Virus record (IMG/VR): IMGVR_UViG_3300017785_004324
Coordinates: 1-42,427 of that record
DNA from: a virus
Taxonomy: Duplodnaviria; Caudoviricetes
DNA: 42,427 nucleotides
Strand: one strand, 5' to 3'
The notes beneath the pieces were generated by a model that made no database searches, was not told the origin of the DNA, and saw nothing but the letters and a program-made list of their open reading frames with translations. Shown in pieces: positions 10,770 to 21,109 of this stretch (position 1 is its first letter; every line of letters starts with the position of its first letter). A program made the position numbers and the translations under genes.

Positions 10770-12055
10770 TGTCCATAAACTTTCCTAACAATCCCTCTAC
10801 TAATCAGATCTATGTGTTTGGAAAAATAACATGGATGTGGAATGGCTCCGCGTGGGATAGAGTTTCAACTTCCACTGGTTATCTTGGAGCAACAGGTCCA
10901 ACAGGTCCAACAGGTCCAATAGGTCCAGCTGGAGTAACAAGTGGAAGTGGTTTAGTTGGAGATTATGTTGTATCCATTAATGGGTCAACTGGTGCGATAA
11001 CGAATGTTGCAAGAATAAATGAAGGAAATACATTCTCTGTTCGACAGGTGATGAGTGCTGGAATCACAACAGCAAACCTTCAAGTTTCTGGTGGAGCGAC
11101 ATTCAGTACCATCTACGCATCTTCAACTACCAATACTATAGATGCCATTGCATCGACAGATGGTATTGGTTTACGAGTAGCACGTAGTATTGGTGGTGGT
11201 CCTTCTTCTATTGGTGGAATTCTTTTTGGCAGAAGCAGCACAACACAATATAACTATCTTCTCTATACTTCCACGGGAACCTTCTATGTCATCAACGGAA
11301 CTGGTCCTGCTGCTCCCCAATTGATGACATTGAACTCAGTTGATGCTAACTTCAATGTTCCAATTCGTGGAGCAACATTCTCATCCACTGCTGGTCGAAT
11401 CACAGTACAACGAAGTGGTGCTGGAGTTGGTGGAGAAAGTGCAGTTGTTAGGATTGTTGGTACAGATGCACTGGTCAATCCGTACAACTCGGACATCCGC
11501 GCAAATGCAAGTGCTGCATCAGATACTATCCATACTCTTCCAGCGACAACTGGAACTCTTCTAAACACAGCAAGCTCTTATGTGATATCTGTAAATGGTC
11601 AGACTGGTGCTGTTACAATAAGTGGTGGTGTTGGTGCTACAGGAGCCACTGGCCCCACTGGGGCAATTGGACCATCTGGTGTAACTGGCCCAACAGGTCC
11701 AACTGAAGATAACATCACTCTTTTCATAGATGCAACACCAGATGATATATCCACTGGAAATAAAGGATATAAACAAATTGCATACGATTGTCAACCAATA
11801 GAGTGGTATGTCTTGGCAGGACAAACTGGATCAATTGAATTTGATGTAAAAAAATCTTCGTTTGCTTCTTATCCAACAACCACATCAATTGTTGGTACAG
11901 ATAATCCAGAATTGATATCGCAGATGAAAAACTCAAACACAGGAATAACTGCTTGGGCTGGATTATCTGCTGGAGACATTATTGATTTTGTAATAAATAG
12001 TAATACTGGAATTAAGAGTGTAGGTTTGTTTATTAAGATACGGAGAACATCGTGA
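10769..12055 (+). CDS. Collagen-repeat tail fibre-like protein
   Basis: Two GPT/GAT Gly-X-Y tracts, VSINGSTG and SVNGQTG fibre motifs. Confidence 0.7.
   Translation: MSINFPNNPSTNQIYVFGKITWMWNGSAWDRVSTSTGYLGATGPTGPTGPIGPAGVTSGSGLVGDYVVSINGSTGAITNVARINEGNTFSVRQVMSAGITTANLQVSGGATFSTIYASSTTNTIDAIASTDGIGLRVARSIGGGPSSIGGILFGRSSTTQYNYLLYTSTGTFYVINGTGPAAPQLMTLNSVDANFNVPIRGATFSSTAGRITVQRSGAGVGGESAVVRIVGTDALVNPYNSDIRANASAASDTIHTLPATTGTLLNTASSYVISVNGQTGAVTISGGVGATGATGPTGAIGPSGVTGPTGPTEDNITLFIDATPDDISTGNKGYKQIAYDCQPIEWYVLAGQTGSIEFDVKKSSFASYPTTTSIVGTDNPELISQMKNSNTGITAWAGLSAGDIIDFVINSNTGIKSVGLFIKIRRTS
10892..10930 (+). repeat. Tandem 9-bp repeat (ACAGGTCCA) encoding collagen-like TGP
   Basis: acaggtcca x3 followed by ataggtcca. 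Confidence 0.8.
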
Positions 12056-14457
12056 AAGTAGCAGTAGATCATCACTTCATAGGAACGACTGAATCTCTTG
12101 GTGGAACATATGATTCCAACAAAACCATGATCGCATCCTTGCTTCGTCAGGCAACGGGTGCGACCATCGAAGACAAGTTCGTCTCTACGAAACCCGCAGC
12201 CATTGCAAACATCACCGATCTCGTCGCATCGACACCCCATCAGATGCCTCATGTCGTCAAGTGGTCGGACAACATCTACTGGATCTTCTTGTCAACGGCA
12301 ACAACAAATGTGGTGACTAGATTCGTAGCGATGTTTCAGTTCGACTCAACGACTTCGACCATCACATACAATGGATATATCACCGCAGCAGGAACCACGG
12401 TCGCAGGAAACAAGACCACGAGAAGCCTCCGTGCGCTCCTGTACCGCCACACAACGGGAACGGTATCTACAAGTGGGTCATCCACCACGATCACGGGATC
12501 GGGAAGTGGTTTTCAGAGCGAGAGAATCGCTGTCGGTGCGAGGATCGGATTCGGAACAACAGATGCGACCCAAGTGACCACTTGGTACGAGATCACCGCC
12601 ATCAACAGCAACACCGAACTCGTCATCAACTCACCCGTCACGCTCTCGGGTAGTACATCTTATGTGATTGAGGAACTGCGACTTGCATATGCAACGACGA
12701 ATGCGACCTTGATAAATGGTGGCGTTCATCTTGTCAAGGGACTCCATCCAGGCGTATTTGGTACAACTCCTACAACGATAAACGAGGCGACCACGGTTGA
12801 CAACATCCGTGCGGTCTACCTACTGACCGATGCTGCCGTTGCGGGTGCTGCTACCGCCACCGTCACCTACAGCACTACGAACATCCTTTCTTGCAGCAGT
12901 CATGGTCTTGGCGTTGGCGATGTCGTGTACTTCACGACCACGACCACTCTTCCAACGGGTCTTTCCGCCAACACGGCGTACTATGTCATCAGCACCAATC
13001 TTGGGGCGAATCAGTTCTCCGTTTCCACATCTTACAATGGAGCAATCGCTAGTATTACGGCAGCGGGATCGGGAACACACACCGTGCATAGCGGAAGTTC
13101 CAAGCTCGCTGCAACGCTTGCCTTGGATGACGAGGTTAGTAAAACGGATCATCCCATCTACCTAGTCAATGCAACCTCGACAACCTTAGCAGTCACGGTT
13201 ACGAAATACAATCTCCGTGCGGCATTGACGGTCGGTGCATTGACAGGCGGACCCGCATCGGGAACGAGTCCAAGCGCATTCGTATTCAAGACCGCCCCAT
13301 ATGCGATCACAGGAACTGTATCGCAGTTGAACAGCGGAAGAATCTTCACCCCGAACCACGGGGGTGCGGGTGTTGCAGGAGTGAAGAGCCTCTTCTTCTG
13401 CACAACGACAAAGGTGTTTCGTGCGCCTGTTGCCAACCTCACCTCGGGAGCATTGAGTTGGGCTAGCGATTCGATGTCAGAGAATCCGCCTGGGGGTACA
13501 ACCGTATACTCCGCATTGAGCAGTATGTCGCAGGTTGATTATTCTGCGACGATTGACAGGCTGTTCGTAACAAACACCGCCGCTCGGTTCGGAACCTATG
13601 TCACTCCATACAACTCATCGAACAATCAGTTCGAGAAGTACATCGGAGCGCAACTGAATCGTGTGAAGGCAGGAGGAACTCCATCGGGCGCTAGTGACGG
13701 TCTGTTCCCAAGCGGAACTTTGCACATTTGGACGGAAGATGGTTGGATGTTTGCAGTTTCAACGGGTACGAGCAATTGGCTTTACATCTTTCCGTTCGCT
13801 GCGGACGCCTACTACAACAGCACGACGAACCAACACATCATCACGCCGAAGTTGGCGACTACGAACGCAACAAAACTATATCATGTTTATCTAGACCATC
13901 AAGAGTATGCAGGAGATTATGGACTCGGATTCCCTGTTGAATCATACAAGTTGTGGTATCGCACAAGCGGTATAGATGACAATAGCGGAGCTTGGACTGA
14001 AGTTGGTGTTGGTGCTGATCTGACATCCGCTTCTGTTGGAAACTACATCCAGTTCAAGATTGCTTTCGATGTCATGGGTGAAATCTGCGTTCCAACACGA
14101 ATATATTCCATTGCTTGTCTTTATGAAGATGGTTCGCAAGACTCACACTACCAACCATCGCTTACATATTCATCAGCAGCAAGCAGACAATTTGCATGGA
14201 AGCAAGTTCAGACATGGGGATTATCTGGTGGCATTCCAGACCTTCAACTTCGTCTTTATAATGCCGCCACGGAGTTCTTGGTTCTTGACGATACAGTAAA
14301 TATTTCTGGTTCTGGTGACTGGGAATATTCTTCAAATTCTGGTGTGACATGGGCAAACTGGAGTTCTTCGGCAGATGCTATAGGAAATTACATAAGATAT
14401 ACAGCGGATACATTACCAAATAATATTACAGTAAGAGCATTACTGACACAGGTGTAG
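12052..14457 (+). CDS. Large Thr/Ser/Gly-rich virion protein (putative fibre/receptor-binding)
   Basis: 801 aa, GTG start overlapping upstream stop; GTVSTSGSSTTITGSGS and HGL.VGD.V.F....LPTGL..NT.YYV beta-module motifs. Confidence 0.6.
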   Translation: MKVAVDHHFIGTTESLGGTYDSNKTMIASLLRQATGATIEDKFVSTKPAAIANITDLVASTPHQMPHVVKWSDNIYWIFLSTATTNVVTRFVAMFQFDSTTSTITYNGYITAAGTTVAGNKTTRSLRALLYRHTTGTVSTSGSSTTITGSGSGFQSERIAVGARIGFGTTDATQVTTWYEITAINSNTELVINSPVTLSGSTSYVIEELRLAYATTNATLINGGVHLVKGLHPGVFGTTPTTINEATTVDNIRAVYLLTDAAVAGAATATVTYSTTNILSCSSHGLGVGDVVYFTTTTTLPTGLSANTAYYVISTNLGANQFSVSTSYNGAIASITAAGSGTHTVHSGSSKLAATLALDDEVSKTDHPIYLVNATSTTLAVTVTKYNLRAALTVGALTGGPASGTSPSAFVFKTAPYAITGTVSQLNSGRIFTPNHGGAGVAGVKSLFFCTTTKVFRAPVANLTSGALSWASDSMSENPPGGTTVYSALSSMSQVDYSATIDRLFVTNTAARFGTYVTPYNSSNNQFEKYIGAQLNRVKAGGTPSGASDGLFPSGTLHIWTEDGWMFAVSTGTSNWLYIFPFAADAYYNSTTNQHIITPKLATTNATKLYHVYLDHQEYAGDYGLGFPVESYKLWYRTSGIDDNSGAWTEVGVGADLTSASVGNYIQFKIAFDVMGEICVPTRIYSIACLYEDGSQDSHYQPSLTYSSAASRQFAWKQVQTWGLSGGIPDLQLRLYNAATEFLVLDDTVNISGSGDWEYSSNSGVTWANWSSSADAIGNYIRYTADTLPNNITVRALLTQV

Positions 14458-14458
14458 T

Positions 14459-14602
14459 ATGGTAGACGATATTATATTCAGCAGTGCATATTTTTTTCTA
14501 AATCTACCAGAATATAGTTCTGGGGTGATCAATAGGATTGAAGCTCAAAGTACATATTATACTCTTAGATTAGCGTTACCAGAAAGAATAAGTATATCCT
14601 AA
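14459..14602 (+). CDS. Small hypothetical protein (47 aa)
   Basis: MVDDIIFSSAY...ISIS fills the gap between two genes; below the ORF-track cutoff. Confidence 0.45.
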   Translation: MVDDIIFSSAYFFLNLPEYSSGVINRIEAQSTYYTLRLALPERISIS

Positions 14603-14619
14603 ATAATATAGGAGAAAAT

Positions 14620-15051
14620 ATGTCAGCGGCACGATACGACATCTACGCAGAGCAAGGAGCAACCTTTAAATTGCATATGCAGTATGGCTATAAGGGAGCC
14701 ACTGGCATTAATTTGGTAAATTATACTGGAGCCTTACAGGTCAGAAGATCCAGCAAAGACAATGGAATTCTTTTGTTTTTGACCCAAAACGGGATAACGG
14801 GTGGTGGAATAACTGGTGAATTTTTATCTGGATATGGTATAGCTGGTGTTGGTGGAATATCGTTTAATACTGGAATTGATGGTTCCTCTGGAGTAACTGG
14901 TGGCATTCTGATGAAAATCGATGCAACTACAATGGAAAACGTTCCAGCTGGCAAGCATTTTTATGATATGGAAATAAAGAATGCGGCTGGCGAAGTAGTC
15001 AGACTCATAGAGGGTACATTTGAGGTTCCAAGAGAAATAACGAGATCCTAA
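14620..15051 (+). CDS. Hypothetical virion protein (Ig-like/BppU-like adaptor)
   Basis: AGGAG RBS; YDI.AEQGATF...YDMEI...V.RLIEG.F.V..EITR pattern common in T4-like fibre regions. Confidence 0.55.
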   Translation: MSAARYDIYAEQGATFKLHMQYGYKGATGINLVNYTGALQVRRSSKDNGILLFLTQNGITGGGITGEFLSGYGIAGVGGISFNTGIDGSSGVTGGILMKIDATTMENVPAGKHFYDMEIKNAAGEVVRLIEGTFEVPREITRS

Positions 15052-15530
15052 TGCCATCAAACGAGAAGGTAGTACTCGTAATCAATCAAATTAAGGAATC
15101 TGAGATAAAGATTACCCCGAGTAATCTTACAACTATAATTCCAAATACTACAAATACAGTTGTTCTGACTGCTACTCCAGTTGGTCTTGAGGGAAAGATG
15201 GGTCCAACTGGACCTATTGGTCCACAGGGTGAAAAGGGAGATCCAGGTAACTTTTTTGGTATTCAATCAGTTGGTGGATGTACTGGTGATATTGGCATAA
15301 CTGGTACCGAAAATGAAATAAAAATAACAAAAAATTGCCCAAATTTTGTGTTTGGGCTTCCAGAGAATGTAACGATACAAGGCAATCTTGACGTTCTTGG
15401 AAATATAAATATATTGGGTCAACTTAATGTTGACGGACTAGTCATAACAAAAACTGGATTCCAGGGATATACTGGTGATTCGGATTTAGAATTAGTCGAT
15501 GGGGTATATTTAGACGGCGGGGAATATTAA
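15051..15530 (+). CDS. Short collagen-repeat structural protein
   Basis: GKMGPTGPIGPQGEKGDPG; C-terminal LDGGEY. Confidence 0.6.
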   Translation: MPSNEKVVLVINQIKESEIKITPSNLTTIIPNTTNTVVLTATPVGLEGKMGPTGPIGPQGEKGDPGNFFGIQSVGGCTGDIGITGTENEIKITKNCPNFVFGLPENVTIQGNLDVLGNINILGQLNVDGLVITKTGFQGYTGDSDLELVDGVYLDGGEY

Positions 15531-15542
15531 TAGGATACAAAC

Positions 15543-17333
15543 ATGGCAACAATCAAAGTCAAGAGAACACTCACACCCAATCCACCAGCTGGTCTTACAT
15601 TTGGTGAATTGGCATTCGTACAGGGTATAACATCATTTTATGTGACAAACAATGTTGGTACATCTGTTAGAATAGGTGCCGAAGTAGATACAAATATTAA
15701 TCTCGGCACAAGTGATAATAAGATACCTACGCAAAATGCCGTCAAACAATACGTCGATACTGCTGTATCTGCGTCGGGTACAAATCAATTTAATCAAATA
15801 GGAGTTGTTGGTCAGCCTGGTCTTACAGCAGATTCTTCCAGTGATATACTTACATTCGCAGCTGGTACTGGTATTACTCTCACCACGAATGCTGGAACAG
15901 ATACATTAACCATCGGAAACACGGGTGTAGTTTCAATTCTTGGAACCACCAATGAAATTGAAGTCTCTGGTACTGGAACTGTAACTGTTGGTCTTCCAAA
16001 TGATGTAACTGTTAGCAATAACCTAAACGTTGGAAACAATCTAACAGTTACTGGAAATCTTACAATCAATGGAACTACTACAACCGTTAACAGTGATGTT
16101 ACAACGGTAGATGATCCAATTATGTTGCTTGGTACATCTGGTGGTGTTCCAATCACAGTTACAGATGGTGGCAAAGATCGCGGTATAGCGTTCACATATT
16201 TTGATGGTTCTGTTGGTAGAACAGGGTTCATGGGTTTTGATGCAAGTGCATCTAAATTCACCTTCGTTCCAGTTGCCACGATTGTAAGTGACACCGTAAC
16301 TTCTGGTAATGCAGGCGATGCTCAGTTCAAATCACTATATCTTACTACAGACGGAACAAATATCGGTGGATTAACTCTTGCTGCTCTAACGGGATCTAGA
16401 ACATATACTCTTCCAAATGTATCTGGAACCATAATCACTACAGGTGACTCTCAAACCGTTACATCAACCATGATTGCTGACGGTACAATCGTCAATGGTG
16501 ATATCAATGCTGCTGCTGGAATCGTAGATACAAAACTTGCACAAATTGCTACATTAAATAAAGTTGCCCTCACCGCTCTTGATATTAATGGTGCCACTGA
16601 TATTGGATCTGCGCTTACTGATACCGACCTTTTCATCGTTGATGATGGTGCTACTGAAACAAATAGAAAAGCAACAGCTTCAACAATTTCGGATTATATA
16701 TTTGCCAAGATAACTGGTGGAGATATCACCATTGCCTCCAATGGTGTTGCAACAATCGCCGCCAATTCGGTTGCACTCGGTACAGACACCACAGGAAATT
16801 ACGCTGCCGATGTAAGCGTATCTGGTATTGGTCTTACCATCTCTGGTTCGGCTGGTGAGGGTACTTCGTATGTAATTACTTCTGGTGCTACATCTGCAAA
16901 TAGCGTATCACAAATAGTAGCAAGAGATGCTTCTGGTAACTTTAGTGCTGGCACAATTACTGCTACTCTAACTGGTAATGCTTTAACCGCAAGCACCCTA
17001 CAAACTGCGAGAACAATAGGTCTTACGGGTGATGTCTCTGGTAGCGTTTCCTTTAACGGTTCTGCCGATGTCAATATTACTGCAACAATCGCTGCTAACT
17101 CGGTTGCCCTCGGTACAGACACTACTGGTAATTATGTCGCTACAGTAGCAACAACGAGTGCTGGGTTAGTAATAACCAACTCTGGTACAGAAACTGCTGG
17201 TGTTGGTATCAACTTACAGAAAGTAAACACTGGTATAGATTTTGGTACATTTGCATTCACAACAAATGAATTTACAAACAACGGTTCGGGAACTGTAGAA
17301 ATCGGTGTAGTAGACGGTGGAACTTACACATAA
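15543..17333 (+). CDS. Tail fibre protein
   Basis: IKVKR..P.GL..GELA N-terminus, GNLTINGTTTTVNS, VARDASGNFSAGTITA, duplicated ATIAANSVALGTDTTGNY, C-terminal VDGGTY. Confidence 0.75.
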   Translation: MATIKVKRTLTPNPPAGLTFGELAFVQGITSFYVTNNVGTSVRIGAEVDTNINLGTSDNKIPTQNAVKQYVDTAVSASGTNQFNQIGVVGQPGLTADSSSDILTFAAGTGITLTTNAGTDTLTIGNTGVVSILGTTNEIEVSGTGTVTVGLPNDVTVSNNLNVGNNLTVTGNLTINGTTTTVNSDVTTVDDPIMLLGTSGGVPITVTDGGKDRGIAFTYFDGSVGRTGFMGFDASASKFTFVPVATIVSDTVTSGNAGDAQFKSLYLTTDGTNIGGLTLAALTGSRTYTLPNVSGTIITTGDSQTVTSTMIADGTIVNGDINAAAGIVDTKLAQIATLNKVALTALDINGATDIGSALTDTDLFIVDDGATETNRKATASTISDYIFAKITGGDITIASNGVATIAANSVALGTDTTGNYAADVSVSGIGLTISGSAGEGTSYVITSGATSANSVSQIVARDASGNFSAGTITATLTGNALTASTLQTARTIGLTGDVSGSVSFNGSADVNITATIAANSVALGTDTTGNYVATVATTSAGLVITNSGTETAGVGINLQKVNTGIDFGTFAFTTNEFTNNGSGTVEIGVVDGGTYT

Positions 17334-17350
17334 AATAATGGAGGTTTATT

Positions 17351-17881
17351 ATGGAAGAAGTGAATTATAACGAAAAGGTAATTCTACCATTTCTTGAAAA
17401 GAAATGTAAGGATCTATTATCTTTAAATCTGGTACTTGAAGCAAAATTATTAGTTGAGCAGAATAGAGGTAAAGATTCTGCAAGTGCATTTCAGGCTGAG
17501 TTTGAGCAGATTGATAATCTGAAACTGGACTTGGAAAGAAAAGATCTTCAGATCAATCATATCAATCAGGAATTTAAAACCTGTATGGATGATAGATCAA
17601 AGATCATTCAAGAAAAGAATGAGTTTTCACAAAAAGTCGATCAACTACAATCACAGCTATCAAGAGAAATTAGCATCAAGGACAGCGCACTGGCTGAATA
17701 TAGATCTCTGAAATCATCATGTGATAAGGAAGTTGTAGATAAAAATGAAGAGATACGTATTCTTAATTCAACATTAGTACAGATGCAAACGGCTCTTGAC
17801 TTCAAGGCCAAGGAATTGATTACGCTTAAGGAAGAATATGACGCTCTTAAAGTACAACTAAATACTAAGAAGAGCAAGTGA
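17351..17881 (+). CDS. Coiled-coil hypothetical protein
   Basis: GGAGG RBS; heptad-rich E/K/Q/L composition. Confidence 0.6.
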   Translation: MEEVNYNEKVILPFLEKKCKDLLSLNLVLEAKLLVEQNRGKDSASAFQAEFEQIDNLKLDLERKDLQINHINQEFKTCMDDRSKIIQEKNEFSQKVDQLQSQLSREISIKDSALAEYRSLKSSCDKEVVDKNEEIRILNSTLVQMQTALDFKAKELITLKEEYDALKVQLNTKKSK

Positions 17882-17888
17882 ACGTGAT

Positions 17889-19991
17889 ATGGCTAAAATT
17901 AAGATTAAGAATTCTCTAACCTCTGGATTAGCTCCCGCTGGGTTATCTCTCGGTGAAGTAGCAATAAACATTACCGATAAGAAGATATTCATTGGCAATG
18001 CGGTAGAAGGTGTAGTAACTCTTTACGACCAACAAAATGTAGTTACTTCTGTGTTGGGAATGACTGGTCAAATTGCAGAACTGCCAGCATTATATAGAGA
18101 TGATATTTATCTTTATGCTACAAAGTTCAATGATGGATTAGTTAATTACGCAGCAAAAAGTAATTATATAAACGAATCTCCTTGGACTTTCAGTGGATTA
18201 ACATTATCAAAAAATATTACAGATCCATTTGGAGTTACAAATAATGCATGGACTTTAACCAGAAATGTAATTAATAGTACATCAAGTTTAGGGCAAAATT
18301 TTTCAAATATAGTTTCTCCAATTGGTTCTGTTAGTTTTTATATACGGGCAATAGAAGGATCTACTTTTACTAGTTCTTCCTTTGGTGTTGGTACAGAGGG
18401 ATATATTCCTGTTGGGCCTGGATCTACCTTTTACGCGGAAATTATTGGTGGAACTGGAACTATATCAGGAAATGGAACAGTAAGTCTTTCTGTCAGTGGA
18501 TTGACATATACTGAATGGACTAGAATTTTTGTTAAAAATGGTATTAATCTTCCTCTTTATAGATTTAGTTTAGAACGAACAATTAATTATACTGGAGCAT
18601 CTGGATCAAATATAGCATTTTTTGGACTACAATATGAACCTGGATTATCTGCAAATTATTATGTTGATAATAATACTATTTCTCCATTAGCTGGGGGTGG
18701 AGTCACATATAATGCATTAGGAGTTTCTTATGATTCTACTTTTGCTCTTACAAATAAAACAAATACATTTACAGCTTTACAAACATTCTCTTCTGGACTA
18801 AATGTTACTGGTGGGGTAACATTTAATGACACATTACATGTGAATGGCAATATTTCTTCTGGGTCAGACATAAGCGCAAATACATTTACCACTACGAACA
18901 CCGTTTATACAAATGACATAAATGCTACGAACCAAATTGCTGGAGTATACTTATACATTAATGACGGTGGAGTTCCGACTTCCAGTACAATCAACAATTC
19001 AGACTTGTATCTTGGGGATTTTGAATATTATTATTCGAACAAATATATTCATATCCACAATGAAGAATCTGATGGTGGTGGATTAGTTTCTGTTTATTCT
19101 CCATCTATTTTTTATGAAGGTGTAACATTTGCTGCAAATATCAACGCGCCGAATATCGTCAATTCAATAAACGGTTTTGTTGGCGCAGTTGAAGCAGTAT
19201 CTTCTGTAAATGGTGAAACTGGTTCTATAATTGGAGTTGCAACATATACAGGAACAACTCCTTTTTCTACTCTTCAGCAATTTAGTCAGGGTATTTCTGC
19301 CTCCGCTGGTTCATCATTCAGCGCCGCAACTGTTTATATTACAAATTCGACTGCAAATATAGATCCACTTTTTGTTCAGCATTCCTCCACTGGTGCATTA
19401 AAAGTATCAACAGCAGGTCAAGCAAGAAGTGGTGCTATTAAACTTGGAAATAGTACAACTGCAAATTTAAATACTTTTATAAATCAAACAGATGGAACCT
19501 TAACATTTTATAATGGAATCAGTAGCACTGGTTCCAATATGATTTCATTTAGTTCAAGTGCAATAACCGTTCCAACTACAATTTCTGGGGCAACATTCAG
19601 TGGATTGATAAGAAGTTCTTCTGGTATATCTGCTAGTGGAGGAATCACTGGTGGAACTTATATGAGTGCTGAAGGTGGTTACAGAGTCACATCAAACGCA
19701 ATTAAAACATTGACTGGAACCACATATACTTTGCTCGTCGGAGATGATGGTAAAATTATTACAAGTTCAAATGCATCTCTACAAAAATTTGAAATTCCAA
19801 CAGGATTACCTATCGGATTCAATTGTTCTGTGATACAATTGGGAACAGGACCAGTAGGATTTAGTGCTGCATCTGGTGTGACTCTGAATACATTTGCTGG
19901 TAAAACTCTCATGGCAGGACAATATTCAGCAGTAAGTATAATTGAATATGCTACAAATTTAGTAAATATCGCTGGTGGATTAACGGCATGA
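17889..19991 (+). CDS. Tail fibre-like protein
   Basis: N-terminus paralogous to the 15543 gene (KIKIK...PAGL..GE.A); NTFTALQTF, SVNGETG; C-terminal YTL...D.GK...P.GLP.GFNC.V.Q.GTG module. Confidence 0.7.
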   Translation: MAKIKIKNSLTSGLAPAGLSLGEVAINITDKKIFIGNAVEGVVTLYDQQNVVTSVLGMTGQIAELPALYRDDIYLYATKFNDGLVNYAAKSNYINESPWTFSGLTLSKNITDPFGVTNNAWTLTRNVINSTSSLGQNFSNIVSPIGSVSFYIRAIEGSTFTSSSFGVGTEGYIPVGPGSTFYAEIIGGTGTISGNGTVSLSVSGLTYTEWTRIFVKNGINLPLYRFSLERTINYTGASGSNIAFFGLQYEPGLSANYYVDNNTISPLAGGGVTYNALGVSYDSTFALTNKTNTFTALQTFSSGLNVTGGVTFNDTLHVNGNISSGSDISANTFTTTNTVYTNDINATNQIAGVYLYINDGGVPTSSTINNSDLYLGDFEYYYSNKYIHIHNEESDGGGLVSVYSPSIFYEGVTFAANINAPNIVNSINGFVGAVEAVSSVNGETGSIIGVATYTGTTPFSTLQQFSQGISASAGSSFSAATVYITNSTANIDPLFVQHSSTGALKVSTAGQARSGAIKLGNSTTANLNTFINQTDGTLTFYNGISSTGSNMISFSSSAITVPTTISGATFSGLIRSSSGISASGGITGGTYMSAEGGYRVTSNAIKTLTGTTYTLLVGDDGKIITSSNASLQKFEIPTGLPIGFNCSVIQLGTGPVGFSAASGVTLNTFAGKTLMAGQYSAVSIIEYATNLVNIAGGLTA

Positions 19992-21103
19992 TAATTCCAA
20001 GTTTTAAAGCTGGCATTTTTTCTTTCATTAGGGGAAGTGCAGTAGTAAATAAAAAATTATATGGTTGGGGACTTAATACCTTATATCGATTAGGTCTTGG
20101 TGACACCACACAGAGAACATCACCCACACAACTGGGATCTGATGTAAATTGGGAATATGTTGGGTCAATTGCTTTAAGTACACTTGCAGTAAAGACAACA
20201 GGTACGCTATGGGCATGGGGCAGAAATTCAAATGGTCAACTCGGGGTTGGGGACACTACTGATAGAACAACCCCCACCCAAGTTGGATCTAGCACAGATT
20301 GGTCTAAAGTTTATGGTCAGAGGCACACAATTGCACTGAAAACAACTGGATCGCTTTGGGCTTGGGGATACAACGGATACGGTCAACTCGGTCTTGGTGA
20401 CTATACTCAAAGAACATCACCTGTTCAGGTTGGATCCGATACAACTTGGACTAGAATTGCCTGTGGTGCTGTACATACAATGGCAATAAAATCAAATGGA
20501 ACAATGTGGGGATTTGGAATTTCAAGTTTGGGTCAGTTTGGAAATGGTACATATAATCAATATTTAACCCCAACACAAATTGGAAGTGATACTAACTGGG
20601 CAGAGGTGTCGGCAAAATCTTTCTCAACGCTTGCGATAAAAACAAACGGAACCCTGTGGGCAACTGGAAGAAATGCATCAGGACAACTAGGTCTTGGTGA
20701 TACTACAACAAGAACAACATTCACTCAGGTTGGAACTGATACAAATTGGGCAAAGGTTTCATGTGGCAGAGATCATACCCTAGCTGTCAAAACAAATGGA
20801 ACCTTGTGGGCATGGGGAAGAAATAGCAGCACACAACTCGGAGATGGTACTGGTACATACAGATATTCTCCTGTCCAGATTGGGTCAGCGACAAACTGGT
20901 CAAATGTGAGTGCTGGTTATTATCACAGTATTGGATTACGAAGCGATGGGACTCTATGGGGTTGGGGTAAAAACACAAATGGTCAAGTTGGTAATGGAAC
21001 CACTTCGGCATATGTTGCATCTCCAACACAGATAGGAACTAGTTATAGTTGGGGACTCATTAGTGCTGGTAGAGAACACGCATTTGCTAGAACTAGTATT
21101 TAA
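19988..21103 (+). CDS. RCC1-repeat beta-propeller protein
   Basis: About seven repeats of H..A.K.NGTLW.WG.N..GQLG.G.....P.Q.G..T.W. Confidence 0.92.
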   Translation: MIIPSFKAGIFSFIRGSAVVNKKLYGWGLNTLYRLGLGDTTQRTSPTQLGSDVNWEYVGSIALSTLAVKTTGTLWAWGRNSNGQLGVGDTTDRTTPTQVGSSTDWSKVYGQRHTIALKTTGSLWAWGYNGYGQLGLGDYTQRTSPVQVGSDTTWTRIACGAVHTMAIKSNGTMWGFGISSLGQFGNGTYNQYLTPTQIGSDTNWAEVSAKSFSTLAIKTNGTLWATGRNASGQLGLGDTTTRTTFTQVGTDTNWAKVSCGRDHTLAVKTNGTLWAWGRNSSTQLGDGTGTYRYSPVQIGSATNWSNVSAGYYHSIGLRSDGTLWGWGKNTNGQVGNGTTSAYVASPTQIGTSYSWGLISAGREHAFARTSI

Positions 21104-21109
21104 TTTATT

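Noticed and set aside
19988-21103. DGR template/variable repeats among RCC1 and fibre repeats
   Set aside because: Repeats differ at all base types at the protein-repeat level; no reverse transcriptase in the window
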